A stretch of 64,000 nucleotides of DNA from Salpingoeca rosetta (taxonomy: Eukaryota; Protista; Choanoflagellata). The translations under genes and the position numbers were made by a program. Each line of letters starts with the position of its first letter. The first letter of the stretch is position 1. Positions 16,758 to 30,689 of the stretch are shown here, one piece after another. The stretch is taken from assembly GCA_033442325.1 (NCBI GenBank), contig JAWQFM010000020.1, forward strand, positions 290,645 to 354,644, in the 5' to 3' direction. The notes under the pieces are model-generated. The model saw nothing but the letters and a program-made list of their open reading frames with translations. It was not told where the DNA came from and searched no databases.

Positions 16758-17996
16758 ATGACGAGCAGCAGCGCGAGAACGACGGCTGGCCACGACGTGC
16801 TGGTTCAAGGCCTTGAGTGGGAGGAGGACCTGGCCGTGTGTGTGGAGGACGCACATCATCACCAGCAACACGCGCCACCCCATCACCACCACGACGGCCA
16901 CCACGACGGCCACCACGACGGCCACCACGACGGCCACCACGACGGCCACCACGACGGCGATGGCGATGGCGAAGCGAGCAGCAGGGATCCTGTGGCGCAG
17001 GAGCTGCGGATGCGGATGCAGCCATTGCTGACAGAGCTATCTGTTGCCAGCATGTCATGCACGGAACCGGACGCCGCCACAACGTCCGTGACCACAACCA
17101 TGACAACCACCCGCGTCCCAGCACGCACGCCCGGCGCAGCCGACACCGTCACCGCCACAACCAGAACAGTCACGGAGACAGAGCAAGCAGTAAGCCAGGA
17201 TCAGTTGCAGCGAGAGGACGCGCAACAGGACAGTAGGGTCACGCATGGGCAGCAGCGCTTGTTGGAGGAACAACGGAGCAGACAGGAGACGAGCGGCAAG
17301 AACGACACAAGCCTGGAGCAGAAGAAGAAGCAGAAGAAGCAGAAGAAGCAGAAGGAGAAGACGAGGGTGTACATTGTGCGGCATGGTGAGCGGCTGGATG
17401 AGGTGAGCAACAACACGTGGCGACACAAGGAGTGCCCAGAGACACACGGGCGGTCGTATGACCCGCCGCTGACGGAGGAAGGCAAGGGCCAGGCGCGATC
17501 GGCAGCCAAGTTTATCGCCAAGAAGAAGCTGCACGTGGACGTGCTGTACACGAGCTCGCTGATCCGCTGCGTATCCACAGCAGCCGTCGTTGCGCAGGCG
17601 CTGGATCTCAAGCTGGCAGCGTGCGATGCCTTGGCCGAGTGTGCCGCAGCGGTGCGTGAACGGACCATTGGAGGCACACGGTTTGCCGACGACGACGAGA
17701 TCAACGCGCTCGTTGGCGACAGCACATCGTACGTGGCGCGGCGGCGGTGCGGGTCATCGAGCTTTCGAGAGGCGTTGGTGAAGCTGTGCACGAAGCATGC
17801 GGGCCACTGCTTCCTCATCTGCTCGCACCGCGAGGCAATACGCGACCTCCTGGCTGAGGTTGGGCACACGGCCCGTCTCGGGTACTGTGCTGTGGCCGGG
17901 TTTGAGTACGATCACAGCAACGACACGTTTACGCTGGTCGATGCACACAAGGACACCGTGCAAGTGTTCAAACCAACGAACCGCAGATGGTGGTGA
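16758..17996 (+). CDS. Histidine phosphatase (PGAM-like, branch 1) with a long low-complexity N-terminus; intronless
   Basis: VYIVRHGERLD (RHG motif), DPPLTEEGKGQA, YTSSLIRCVSTA, LAE and LICSHREAI. Confidence 0.9.
   Translation: MTSSSARTTAGHDVLVQGLEWEEDLAVCVEDAHHHQQHAPPHHHHDGHHDGHHDGHHDGHHDGHHDGDGDGEASSRDPVAQELRMRMQPLLTELSVASMSCTEPDAATTSVTTTMTTTRVPARTPGAADTVTATTRTVTETEQAVSQDQLQREDAQQDSRVTHGQQRLLEEQRSRQETSGKNDTSLEQKKKQKKQKKQKEKTRVYIVRHGERLDEVSNNTWRHKECPETHGRSYDPPLTEEGKGQARSAAKFIAKKKLHVDVLYTSSLIRCVSTAAVVAQALDLKLAACDALAECAAAVRERTIGGTRFADDDEINALVGDSTSYVARRRCGSSSFREALVKLCTKHAGHCFLICSHREAIRDLLAEVGHTARLGYCAVAGFEYDHSNDTFTLVDAHKDTVQVFKPTNRRWW
16884..16958 (+). repeat. Coding 12-bp tandem repeat (caccacgacggc) x6 encoding (HHDG)6
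   Basis: Visible directly in the sequence and the translation. Confidence 0.95.
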
Positions 17997-18442
17997 TGTT
18001 GCATGGAACGTGGAGTGCATGTGTGTGTGTGTGTGTCTGTGTGTGTGTCTGTGTGTGTGTCTGTGTGTGTGTCTGTGTGTGTATGTGTGTCTGTGAAGAT
18101 AATTGATATGCTCTCATTTGCTTGCTCCCTGATTCGCTCTCATTTGCTTGCCCCCCTGCTTGCTCGCCTTTGCTTGCTCTCGCTTGCTCCCTTGCATGCA
18201 TCAGTTGTTCCTTTATTTGCATCACTATCATTGCTGCCCACACAGTGGAACTGCAAAATAATCAACGCTAGCTTGCCAGAGCATGCCATCGTCTCGCATC
18301 ACAACAAGCAATTGAGCTGCTGCAACTCAAGCCCTACCCACCAGCTAGCCTCAGCTACACAACGCACGCACACGCGCGTACACACACGCACACACATACA
18401 CATACATGAGCACGTTCACAGCTGAGATTTTCGTGTCAGGTG

Positions 18443-18593
18443 TCACGTGAACGATGCGCTCTTCGGTCGCTTTGGTCGCAGCATATCCAGCAAGGACAGC
18501 TGCACGTGAACACACAATGTTGGTGGTGGCGGTGGTGGTGGTGGTGACAGATGGTGACAGATGGTAAGAGCAGCGAAGGCGAGAAGCAAACCC

Positions 18594-18638
<45 letters not shown>

Positions 18639-20111
18639 GCTGCTTGGCCTTTGGCGTCTTGGCGCTTCGGCGCGTGTGCGACGTGGGCGTGGCTGCCGAG
18701 CGGGTGCGAGGTGTTTGAGCACGGCTGCGGCGCTTGCGCTGTGCAGATGACGGTGAAGGGGTGCGCATGGCACCAAGCGTTGAGCTGCCGTCGACATCCG
18801 TTTCGTCATCGCTGCTCAGCACAACAACGGCCGCGTCTATGGACATGTCCGTCTCTGCCTCGTCGCTGTCGTCAACAACAGCGCTGTCCGGCACGCACGA
18901 CTGTTGCACAACCCCCTCCTCACCCTCCTCCTCCTTCTCTGCTGTGCCACCACAGCCACCACAATCGTCACAATCGTCACAATCACCGCCATCGCGTTTG
19001 TCGCTCTCACCACCGCCACCACCACCACCCGTGCCGCTGTCGGTCTTCAGTGAGGGCTGCGCTGTGCCTTGATCGCTTCGCTGTCCGTGCTCTGCTGTAC
19101 CTGCACGCAACTGTCCATCACCACTCTTCTCTTCGCTGGCGTCATGGTCCGTGCCACCACCCGTGCTAACGCTTCCACCATCTGCACGGTCATTGCCTTG
19201 ATCGTGCTCGTCACCGCTGTCCACGTCAATTGCGCTCTCCAGCGAGAGATTGATGGGGCGAACTGCAGCCAATGTACTCAGCCCATCACCGTCATCATCA
19301 CCACGATCACCATCAAGCTCATGTTTTCGCGGTGCTCGCGACGTTCGTAGTGGCGACGACGACAGCGCTTTCCTGTCTGCCGTCTCGCCCCTCCTCCTGC
19401 TGCTGCTGCTACTAACGTTCAGGGTGCCTGATATTCCTGCTTCCGTTGCTGCTGTTGTTTCTGTTGTTTCTGTTGCTGTTGCTGTTGTTTCTGTTGCTGC
19501 TCCTGTTGATGACCCAAAGATGGACAGGTCAACACCAATACGGACACCAGGCTCGGTCGTCACTGCCCGTGCCTGAAGGGTGCGCGCTGCGTGTGTGTGC
19601 TGTTGGCGTGGTCGCCGTGGAGACCGCCGAAGCGCCGCCTTGGTCGAGGTGGTGGTGGTTGCAGCTGTTGTGGTGGCGGTGGTGGTGGTGTTCCAGCCAA
19701 CAGGTTTGCTGCGTGGGCTCTGCTGGGATGGTGGAGGCGTGTATTCGCACCAGGGGTGAGAAGGAAATGGTCGGTGGAAGAACACACACACACACACACA
19801 CATCCACACACATCCACACATACACATACACACACACATACACACACACACACAAACACAACAACCACACACACACACACACACACAAACACCTTGGTGC
19901 ACCACACCAGCATGTCCCTGTCACCAGGACCACACCTGCAGGAACTTGTCGAGCAGTGTTGGCTGGCGGTTCTGCTTGCGCTGCCAGAAGGGGCGCTTGT
20001 ACTTGGCCTCCTGCTCTCAAGAAGGGAACACACGTTGTATGGCATTGGCGATGCGGTGAAGAGAGGTGGAGAAAACGGAGAGAATTGAAATGTGCGCCTG
20101 TTTACCAACGT

Positions 20112-20164
<53 letters not shown>

Positions 20165-22885
20165 TGCTGGCCACAAGGCTGTTGCAAGGAGAGTTGACAC
20201 GAACTCGCACGCATGTGCAGATGCACATACCTGTTTCTTGGATCTCCTCTTCTCCCTCTCGTTGACGGCTGCAATGCACTCCTCAAGGCGCTGAGAGAAT
20301 GTTGCGTCCTGCAATGCGTCGCCCGTCTCCGGATGAACACTCCCACGCGCGCGACCACGCCCATGCGCCACACCCACCACCCCGGCCTTCGTGCACTGCA
20401 TGTTGATGTGTATGTGTGTGTGTGTGAGCGATTGTGTTGATGTGAGCGTTGTGGAAGCACGATGATGTACTCCTCGAAGCTATGCGACACACACACACAC
20501 ACACACACACATGTCTCACGCGACGCACCCGAGTGTCCAGGGCAAAGTTGAAGAAAGTCCATTCGCTGTCGGCTTCATCATCATCATCGTCATCCTCCTC
20601 CTCCTCCATGCCTTGCAGACGCGAGTTCAGGTCGTCATAATCATCATTCAAGAGGAAGCCCTGCTCCTCCCAATCATCATCGTCATCACCATCATCACCA
20701 TCACCACCATCACCACACAAACGCCGTCGTCGTCGTCGTGGGAGAGGTGTGAGGTGACAACGCCTGTCCCTTGTTGGATCCCAGACAATTTGGTGACGAA
20801 AGGCAAACATGGCGTCAGCCAACACCTCCTCAAATCCGCTTGCCACATCGTGTTTGCTTCGGAGCGTGTTCAGCAGCTGCGTAGTGCTTCCGTGTCGAAG
20901 AACATATTTGCACGCCGTCTTCAGGCTGATCCCTTTGATGTGCCACTCTGGCGTGTTGGTTGGTTGTGTGTGTGTGTGTGTGTGTGTGTGTTTGAGCGTG
21001 TGTGTGTTTGAGCGTGTGTGTGTTTGAGCGTGTGTGTGTGTTGCATTTGTGTGTGGATGAACGAATGATGAACGAATGAACAAGGACATGCAAAGGAAGC
21101 AGAGCGACTGCAAACAACAAACAAGCCGCAAAGGCACACAGTCACACACGAGGACAAGGACAAACACAAACTCAATAACACAAATGAACACAAACACATA
21201 CATGCGCGCGCCACGCACTCGAGTGTTTTGGGAGATAATCGCTGCCGGACAGCACGCAGCAGAGCTGGAGTTGTTCAAGTGTCATGTTCTGGACAGGAAG
21301 ATCATGACGTGTGTGTGTGAGTGATGGTGGAGCGGTGTGGTAATCAGCGCGGCGAGAAACTTGAGAGCAAGATGGGATGAGACGAGGGAAGACGAGGAGA
21401 GACGTAAGCACACACACACACACATGCATCACACATGTATCGCACATTCGTGCGTGCACCAACCTTGAAGGAGAGCGTGCGTTTGCCATCACGAATGCTG
21501 ATTTCATCTACGAAACAACCCACACATGTGCAATAGGACAGAAAGCAACACGAGTGAGCGGCTATTCTACAACAGCCCAGCAGAAGAAAGAGAGAGAGAG
21601 AGAGAGTGTGTGTGTGTGTGTGTGCGTGTGTTTGCGTGGATATGTGTGGGTCATGTATTTGTGATGTGTGATGTGTGATGTGTGATCTGTGATGTGTGTG
21701 ATGTGTGCGCTGAGCATGGACGAAGGGACGTACTGAGGCGGTGAAATCGAAGACGTAATCCACGCCTGCCACACGTCGACAAGTGAAACAAAGGTACGAA
21801 TCACGTAGAAAGCGTCTCGTCAGCGAAGCAAGCATGACAAACACGCACACACACACACACACAAACAAACAAACAAACAAACAAACAAGCAAACAAACAC
21901 AAACATACACACACACACACAAACGCAAACACACACCCGTTGCTGTCCATCTTGAGGAGAACATCCGCGGCACCGAAAGCAATCAAGTCCGAATCCTCTG
22001 TGATGACAGCATCAACAAGGCCTTGACGCGCCATAAACGCCAGCTGCGCATCCGCCTCGTAGGGGGCCACCACATACTCTGGTGACGATTGCGATGGCAG
22101 GTAAGGCGGGACAAGGAGTTGGTGAGGAAGAAACGAGCACTGAAACGAAGCACATGCAACGTGCAACACAGCTTCAGTGCAGCTGACACACGCACACACG
22201 CACGTTCATACACACACGCACACGCACACGCACACGCACACACACACTCACACACTCACTCAGTCCATCGACTCACCAATGTTGAGACGTTGGCAGACCT
22301 GGACCATCTTGTGTCGCATTTCGAAGCTGACGTCAAGGCCTCGCTGAATCTCCTGTGCAGCTTCGGCCTCTTTGCCTTCGGATAGCAAGAACGCAGTCCT
22401 TGCGTAGATCTCCTCCTTTCTCTCGGTTCTGCTTGCTTTTTCCTCTGCCTTCATGGGAAGAGGCGCGCCATCAAAAACAACCACAGGACGCACGTTGAAC
22501 GTCCGCAACAGTTGCAGCCTCTGCACACAATAGATGATGTACCCGTCTGTGCTGTTCACGTCCTTGAACAGCTCCAACGCAGACCCATAGCTCCCTGTGT
22601 TAGTGTGTGTTAGTGTGTGTGTGTGTGTTAGTGTGTGTGTTAGTGTGTGTGTGTGTGTTCAGTGTGTGATTGTGTGGGACGTGCATGTATTCAGTGTGCG
22701 TGTTTCGTGTGTGAGCAGAGAGACATGCACAAACGCACGCACACACGCACACATCTCGTTCTCCCTCACTTACCTTTGTAGAGCCAGTTGGCAATGTCCA
22801 CCCCGACAGTCTTGCCGGCAAAGTCGCGGATATGGAAAGGCTCATGGATGGCTTGCAGGAAGCCAATCAACCCAGGCACTCCCAT
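18443..22885 (-). CDS. EXO1: Exonuclease 1 (XPG/Rad2 family), multi-exon
   Basis: [10 protein letters not shown]...[15 protein letters not shown]; [14 protein letters not shown]; [15 protein letters not shown]...[12 protein letters not shown]; CVLSGSDYL; [11 protein letters not shown]; long disordered C-terminus ending [18 protein letters not shown]. Confidence 0.92.
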
Positions 22886-23487
22886 CGTGTGTGTGGCTGC
22901 TTGCGTGTGTGTGTGTGTGTGTGTGTGTGGAGCCGTGCTGCTTGCTTCTTGTTGTTCTCTGTTGAAGATTTGGCGCCGACCACCAGCACCAAAACAAGTT
23001 CGACCAGAAAAAACAGAAAAACTAAATGCGCTGCGTTCGGTCTGCCTGTTCGCCACTCTTCGAATCTTCAATCACGTCCGGTTCTGGCTGGCGAAGGCAT
23101 TTCGTCCGGTGATTTTTCCGTGGTTTGGTGTGGTGTGCACGGATGGTTGTGGATGGTTGTGGATGAGGAGGATGGTTGTTGTGGATTGGACGGGAAGCAG
23201 CCCTCACAGCGACACATCTTGCGGCTTCGTCCATGGTTGATGAAGAGAGAGGCAATCCAAAAAGCGAGCAGACACGCAGACAGACAGACAGACATACAGG
23301 CAGACAGACAGACATACAGACAGCACCTGTCAGAAACAACACAAGACACCACCACACCGAGCTCAACGTTTCATTCCCAGCAGCGTGACCGACAACAAAC
23401 AGACACTCCCTCCCTCTCACTCCCTCGCTCACTCAACGTTCCCCACCCTCACACCAATTTGCCTTCAACGAGTAATAACCCCTCGTG

Positions 23488-24988
23488 ATGACCATGACAT
23501 CGCTGGAGGTGCAGCGCACAGCCAGCAACAACATTCCCATGCGCCGATCCGCCCAGGGTATGCAGGTCCACTTGCTCAGCGCGTGTAGTTATGTGTCTGT
23601 ATGTGTGAGTGTGTGTGCGAGTTTGCGTGCAAGTGTGTGTGTGTGTGAGCGAGTGAGTGTGTGTCTATGTCTGCTACCTGCACGTGTCTCTGTGTGTGTC
23701 TATCTGTCTGTGTGGGCGTGCGTTCGTCCATTTGGATGTCCGTTGTGATGTCCATTTGGATGTGTGCGGACGATGACCGTGCTCTGAGCGCAGGTTCTGT
23801 CTGCATCGCATCTAGCAAAGAGCGCATATCGCGTTGCCCGCCCAGCACGCATCTATCGTGCCTTGCTTTGAGCAACAAACAGTCTCACACATCTCCCTCC
23901 CCACCTCCACAACACACGCACACGCACACGCACACACGTACACACACTCACACACATACGCAAACACACACACTCTCTCAATCAACAACAATCATGTGCA
24001 TGCACGCACATCAACTTGCGCGCACTCTATTCATACACTCACAGAGCGCAAAGTGGAGGAGTTGTGGCGGCCAATCTCAGACTGGGGCGCAGAGGAAGTG
24101 GCTATCTGGCTCAGAGGTCGGTCGGGTCCCTAGCCATGACTCGCTTTCACAAAACATGTCGCACATGCAACACGACCTTGCGTGCACCCCATCCAATTAA
24201 CGTTCAATCACATTCACTCTCCTCATCCGCCCCCTTGCCCTTCCTTCATTCAAATGCGCCGTGTCAGGCGTGGAGAAGGTCGCACGCCCCGTGCTGGAGA
24301 ACGTGCTCCATGCCGGTCTGTCCGGAGCCGAACTTCTTCAAATCACCAGTCAGCGCCTGGCTGAGCTTGGGGTGCGTACCTGCACGTCACATGAGTGATC
24401 CCATTCCCATCATGATGCGTTAGCACATGCGCACCTGCAACCTATCAACGACGGTGCTTTCTGCAAGGGCGGCGGACCTTGCGTATAACGCAGCGCGTCT
24501 TTGTTTTGCGTTGCTCCAGCTCATCCGTCATTGTTCCCTTTGTTGTGTTGCCTTTGCTCCTTTGTTAGGTTGACTCTGTCGGCAAGCGGTATTGCATCCT
24601 GGCAGCTGTTGCATCCTTGCGCACAGCGGTGAGCTCGCACGACCATGATGATGGCCATCATCATGATCATGAGGTCTTGAGGTTGAAGCGGCGTGAGCCT
24701 TGCCAGCTTGCTCACGCCCAGCCTTGCTTGCCACCACGTCAGCACAGCGTCATGCACACGAACGAAATCAAGGCACATTAGCGAGCATATTGCAACACCA
24801 CACACGTCACGCACCCACACAGACGCCAGAGTGCACCCCTCCCCACACACACACACACACACACACCCCACTCATCTACACGTCCGTGCCAATTTTCTTC
24901 CGTGCTGTGATCGTTCACGCTGTTGCATCAAATCATCTCCACCCCTCTACACTTTACCCCACTACATGTCCGCCTTAATCCACCACCA

Positions 24989-25023
<35 letters not shown>

Positions 25024-25392
25024 TCGCTCATTCGCGCGGATATGGCGCCCTCCACCACTCGCCATCATCTCTCCCGTTTCTCCTCACACACGTGCGCGTG
25101 TGTGCCATGTGGATGTGTAAATGCGTGCATGTGTGGTTGGAGTAGGAAACGTACATACCAGAGAACCCCGTGCTGACGCTTGGATCGAAGCTATTATCCG
25201 CGGGGAAGGACCTGGAGTCACGGTAAGTCGCGTGCGCCCACTCACCAAGTCGAATGCTGGGTGGTTGCTTCTCACTCACATGGAGAAAGCGGGTGCTCAT
25301 GTGGAGCTTCCGCAGGTTCCTCTTCAGCGCACTCTGAAGTTTGGTCAAACATTCGAGCCCTCCCACTTCCTCAACACACACACACACACACG

Positions 25393-25451
<59 letters not shown>

Positions 25452-27189
25452 GCGCGCGCGCGCACGCACACACACACACGTACATGCATTCGCATTTCGT
25501 GCTCATTGACTGTTCTAAGCTTCTTCCACTTGGACAGATCACCGCTTGGCTGTGCACCATTACTCATTTGCTCACATATATATTCTCGCTCCACGCGCGT
25601 CTGCTCTTTCTTCCTTCAAAACATGATCCTGTTGCCGTCCACAGCCCAATGCAGTGCATCTTGCAGATGGTGCAGACAATCACCACGACGCTTGGCGCCA
25701 TCGACACGCTCCTTTCCACCGATGACTACCGCACGCGCCGACAGGAGGTGCTGGTCGAGTGCGGGCGCATCCTCAAGCTCGTCGCAGAGACGCAGGACAC
25801 AAGCAGCGGCAACCGCCACTTTGTCAAGAAATGCAAGGCGTTTGTGCGGGCCGTGCTGCCACACCTGCAGGAGCTAAAGGGGATGCTCACCTCCGACCCG
25901 TCGCAGAACATCAACAACTTCCTCCACTCGGTCGTCGTCAACATTCCCCCCGGCGCCCAGGCGGTAGGTCGACCCTGTGGTGATGAGCTGTCACGTGGTG
26001 GTGGTGGTGGTGGTGGTGGTGGCGTTATGGGTTGGGGACAAAACGCGATGAGGAAGTGGGACAACTGTGCTGTCTCTGCATGGTCATGTGTGTCGAGCGA
26101 GTGAGGTAACTTCGCTTGTCGACAGATGCATGGGGGCCTGGGTCTGTTACGGAGTCAGCTCTCCCTCTTTGACACTTACGAACAAGCCACCCCCCCCCCA
26201 CACACACACACCCTCTGCTTCCTCCTCCACTTCTCCGTGCTCTGTTTTGCACTGTTTTCTTCGACACACATGTGCTCGCACACACATACACACACACACA
26301 CACACGCATCGCGTGCCTCCAACTGTGCCCGAATCATGATCGCTCTTCAACAGGGACTGTCCATCCGCCAGAATGACTCGCGTTTCATCTACATCTCCAA
26401 CTTGACGCCAAACGTATGCTATCGTCCTGTTTCCTGTGGCACACTGTTGCCTGTAGACACGCCGTATTGCAACCTTGTCATGCTCCAATTCTTTGTCGAT
26501 CAGAGCGTGCACCCCTGCACACTCTCTGCTTGTGGTTTGCTTCTTGCGTTTCCTTGCGTTTCGTTTCCTTCAGCACATCTCCTCATCCCCTTTCATCCAC
26601 TTACACCCGCCCACTCATTGCTTGCCATCACAACAAACGCGCGACTGCCTCTTAATCGACTGCGACCATATGGCAGGAGCCTGCCGACCGCACGGGCCTG
26701 CTCGCGGTCGGGGACGAGATTGTGATGCTGAACGGCCAGAACATCATTGGCTGGCGCACCCGCTCTGTGGCCGCGCTGCTCAAGCAGTCCACGACAGCCA
26801 TCAAACTTGTCATCAGACTCCCGGTGCGATGCACTTGTGTACTCATGCGTCGGTGTGTTGTGTGTCTGTCTGGGTATTCTTGAATCTGTGTGTCTGCTTG
26901 TCCGTTGTGTCTGCCTGTCTGTCGTGTGCTTCTCTCCTTCCTCCAGAGGCGCACGTGCGAGTATGCAAGTATCCCTTGAAGTAGAGTCAGTAGCACTGGC
27001 GGCCTAAGCTCACGAGTTCGCTGCGTTGCACTGCCGCCTGCATATGTACACCAGGGGTCGATGTTTGATGCGCGCATCAGTCGACTGATGGAGCATGCCC
27101 GCGCACTCCGCAACAGCATCGGATCTTCCTCGTCCACTCGTCCATATCGAGGGTCGTCCACAACCTCCCGCAGGTTCACCGGTGAGCAA

Positions 27190-27227
<38 letters not shown>

Positions 27228-30200
27228 GTGCATAGGCACGCACGCACACACGCACACACACACACAAGTGCATATATCTTCCGTTCCTCTCTCACGTTGA
27301 TGCCACTCCTCCCAACGAAGCAGTCACCCCCCCCCCACACACACACAACACTGCCATGCATGCAAGCATACACCGAATCCAAGGCGCAACGTTTGCACTT
27401 CTCACACACGCTCGTGCCCATATTCATGTGTGTCTGTGTCAATGTGCGCGCGCAGGATCGTCCACGAGCACGCCGCGTTCGTCGGTAATCAACGCAATGC
27501 TGACAGGCGAGGTGAGCTGGGCTGCAACAGTTCACGTTTGCACATCACACGTCTGACGCACATCTTCAACACACATACATGCACACCACACACCTTGTTG
27601 TTTGGCTTGCTCACGCTTCTTATCATGTGTGCCCGCATTGCGCACATGTGAATGAATGTTTGCAGGCGGAGGAAAGTGGCGGCATTGACATCATTTCCCC
27701 GAGTGGACGCGAGGAGTGGGCGATTGGTACACCCCGCGTCATCAAGGTAGCGCACACAACACCACACATAACAACAGACACGGGGCAGACGCTCTCAGCT
27801 CACAACACACACACTGAAAACGTGCACCTGCATGCACACACACGCACACACACAAACGTGCATGCATGTTTGCACGTACGCACACTCACACACATACGCA
27901 CACTCTCACACACACATACGCACGCACACACACACACACACACACACCGTCACCAGTGGGATGCGTGCGAGCTGCCACGGCACGTGACCCTCGCCATTCG
28001 TGCCATCAGCAAGCGGGCATGCTTCAACCTGCAGATTGCGCCTGTCGTTGTCAACACGGGCGAATACACGTGGACACTGACAGCAGACATCCTGCCGAGC
28101 GACGACTACCAGATCATCATTTCAGCGCTGGTGGGCGACCGGGAGGTGGTGGCAATCTCACAGCGGTTTGCTGTTGTCTCATCGCCCGCACTTGAAGCGC
28201 CGCCAGCACCACGCTCCGATCGAAGGTCAGTGCGCCCACACGCGCGCTTGCACATGTTGTGAGGGCGGAGGGAACAGGGCTGCATGGATGAAAGGGGACG
28301 GTTTGCTGCGCCTCCAACTGCTGTGTGATCGATAGCGTGTGTCATACATGTTCACATGACACATCATCCACACCAAAGCACACGTACACATATACATGTA
28401 CATGCACATGCACATGCACATGTACATGCACACGCACACGCTCACATACACATACACACACATACACAAACACACACACACTCTCTCTCCCTGTGCGTAC
28501 CTCCCTTTTTCTCACGCGATCGCACACGCGTGGAACGATCTCCTGTCGCTTAACGACACACAACAACGCAGGGCAAGCAAGAAGCTGAAAGCGCGGGAAA
28601 TTCGGCTGAGCGTGGACCGTGAGGGCACATTTGGGTTTGAGATTGATGCGCAGTTTGTGTCTGACATCACACCGCAGGGCCCCGCCCACGTGGAGGGCCG
28701 GCTGCAGATTGGCGATCAGATTATCGAGGTGCGAGCTGCTCTGCTCGTGTATTGTGTGTGCGTGTGTGTCTGTGTGTGCTATGTTGTGTGTGTGCTGTGT
28801 GTGTGTGTGCTGTGTTGTTGTGCTGTGTTGTGTGTGTGTGTCTGTGTGTGTGCTGTGTTGTTGTGCTGTGTTGTGTGTGTGTGTGTGTGTTTTGTTTTGT
28901 TGTGTGTGCGTGTGTGTTGTGTTGTGTTGTGTGTGAGCGTGTGTGTGTGTGTGCGCGCGCGCCAAAGTGCAACAAGTCCCCGTGAATGCTAGGGCAGTCG
29001 AGGCACGTGGTGTACGACGCGCTGAGCACCCTCAGCACTCACCTTGCATTTGGTTGTCGTGGTTCATTGCCGCAGGTGAACGGCTGTCCAGTGCTGCACC
29101 TCAGCCACATTGCCATCAACAACCTTCTCCATGAGACAGGAAACCAGGTCAGCCGTGTTCACACGTGTGTGTGTGTCTGTGTCTGTCTGTCTGTCTGCGT
29201 GCGTGAACGTGCAAACCTCCAAACAAACCACAAGGTAGTTCAACATCGGGACTCACATGTGCGCGAACAGGTGACGCTTGTCGTTGCCGACAACCTGGAG
29301 GGATATAAGGCGTATCTGAACGCATACAATGCAACACACGACAAGTTCAAGTCCAAGCTCGTGTGTCGGCAGGTGAGCAGCATGTGCATGCACACACAGG
29401 CACACACACACCACGCACGCACGCACACACGCACGCACGCACACACACACACACACACACGCACACACACACGCACGCGTGCATGCATTCCCTCTGTCCA
29501 TCTCACCTCTTCCACTGCCATGTACATCAGGTTGATCTGCAACCAACACCAGCGGTCGACTCGTTTGGGCTGTCGCTGATTGGGTCCCACAACATCATCA
29601 CCGTCGGGTCTGTCATGGAAGGCCTGCCAGCATCCAAGTGCCCGCACCTCAAGACATCCACTGGCATTGTGCAGGTTCGAATGGTGCTGCTTGTCTTGCG
29701 TCCCCCAACTGTAACATGAACCGCAACACATGAATATGCACTCCCCACATTCATTGTGAGAGCACACAAACCACAAAAGAGCCTGTCTGTTTGCTTCGTG
29801 ATGTGACGACGTGATGATCCCAAGCCAATAGTCTGGCTTTTGCTTCCACTCATTGCAAGATTTCTTTCGCCGCTGCAAATTTTCGCACGTGCCTTTCCTT
29901 CCTGCGCCTCGCCACGCCGCACGCCTCCTGCCTCCATGAATGCGTGTGTGTGTGTGTGGGTGCGTGGTTGGATTCTGGCCTGATCCTGACGTGACCACAT
30001 GCTGAGCAGGTCAACGGGTGCCCAGCCTATGGCGCCTCTGTGCTCGACGTGCTGAAGCTCATGCAGTTTCACCGGCAGTCCACGGTAAGCAAATCACATC
30101 ACCACCTGACAACACACAACAAGCATGAACCTCGGCGGCTTCAACTTTATCTTGAGACCTCTGGGATGCGTAGTGTGCCCATGGACCACGCCCTTCCTCA

Positions 30201-30597
30201 TCTGGTGTCAAGTGTCTGTTGCTATCTTGCATTGTCCGAGGCTTGTTTCACTCACTCGGCTTCGCTGCATGTGAATGTGCACGCATCATCCCTGCCTCAC
30301 TGTCGCCATTCGCTTGCGTGCACTGCGTCTCCGGCAGTTGTCGCTCGTCGTAACGCAGGACACGGATGACTTTGTGCACTACTCCAACGATGTTCTTCAC
30401 AGCCGCGACAGCCAGCTCCTCACAGAGGTACGTGCAATGTACATGTTTTGTGCGATGTGCGTGTCTTGCGGGCGTTTGGTGCCACAGATTCATCTATCGT
30501 CGCGGATACATGCTATCAAGCGTGTCAGCTGCTCCGGCTTCCCGGCATTGCAATTTCTCGCGTTCACACATGCTCATGTGCACACAACCCACTGTTT

Positions 30598-30689
<92 letters not shown>

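Noticed and set aside
26700-26725. Suspected frameshift in CNK PDZ1 at the G run
   Set aside because: A recount gives GTC GGG GAC GAG (V-G-D-E), so the frame is intact.
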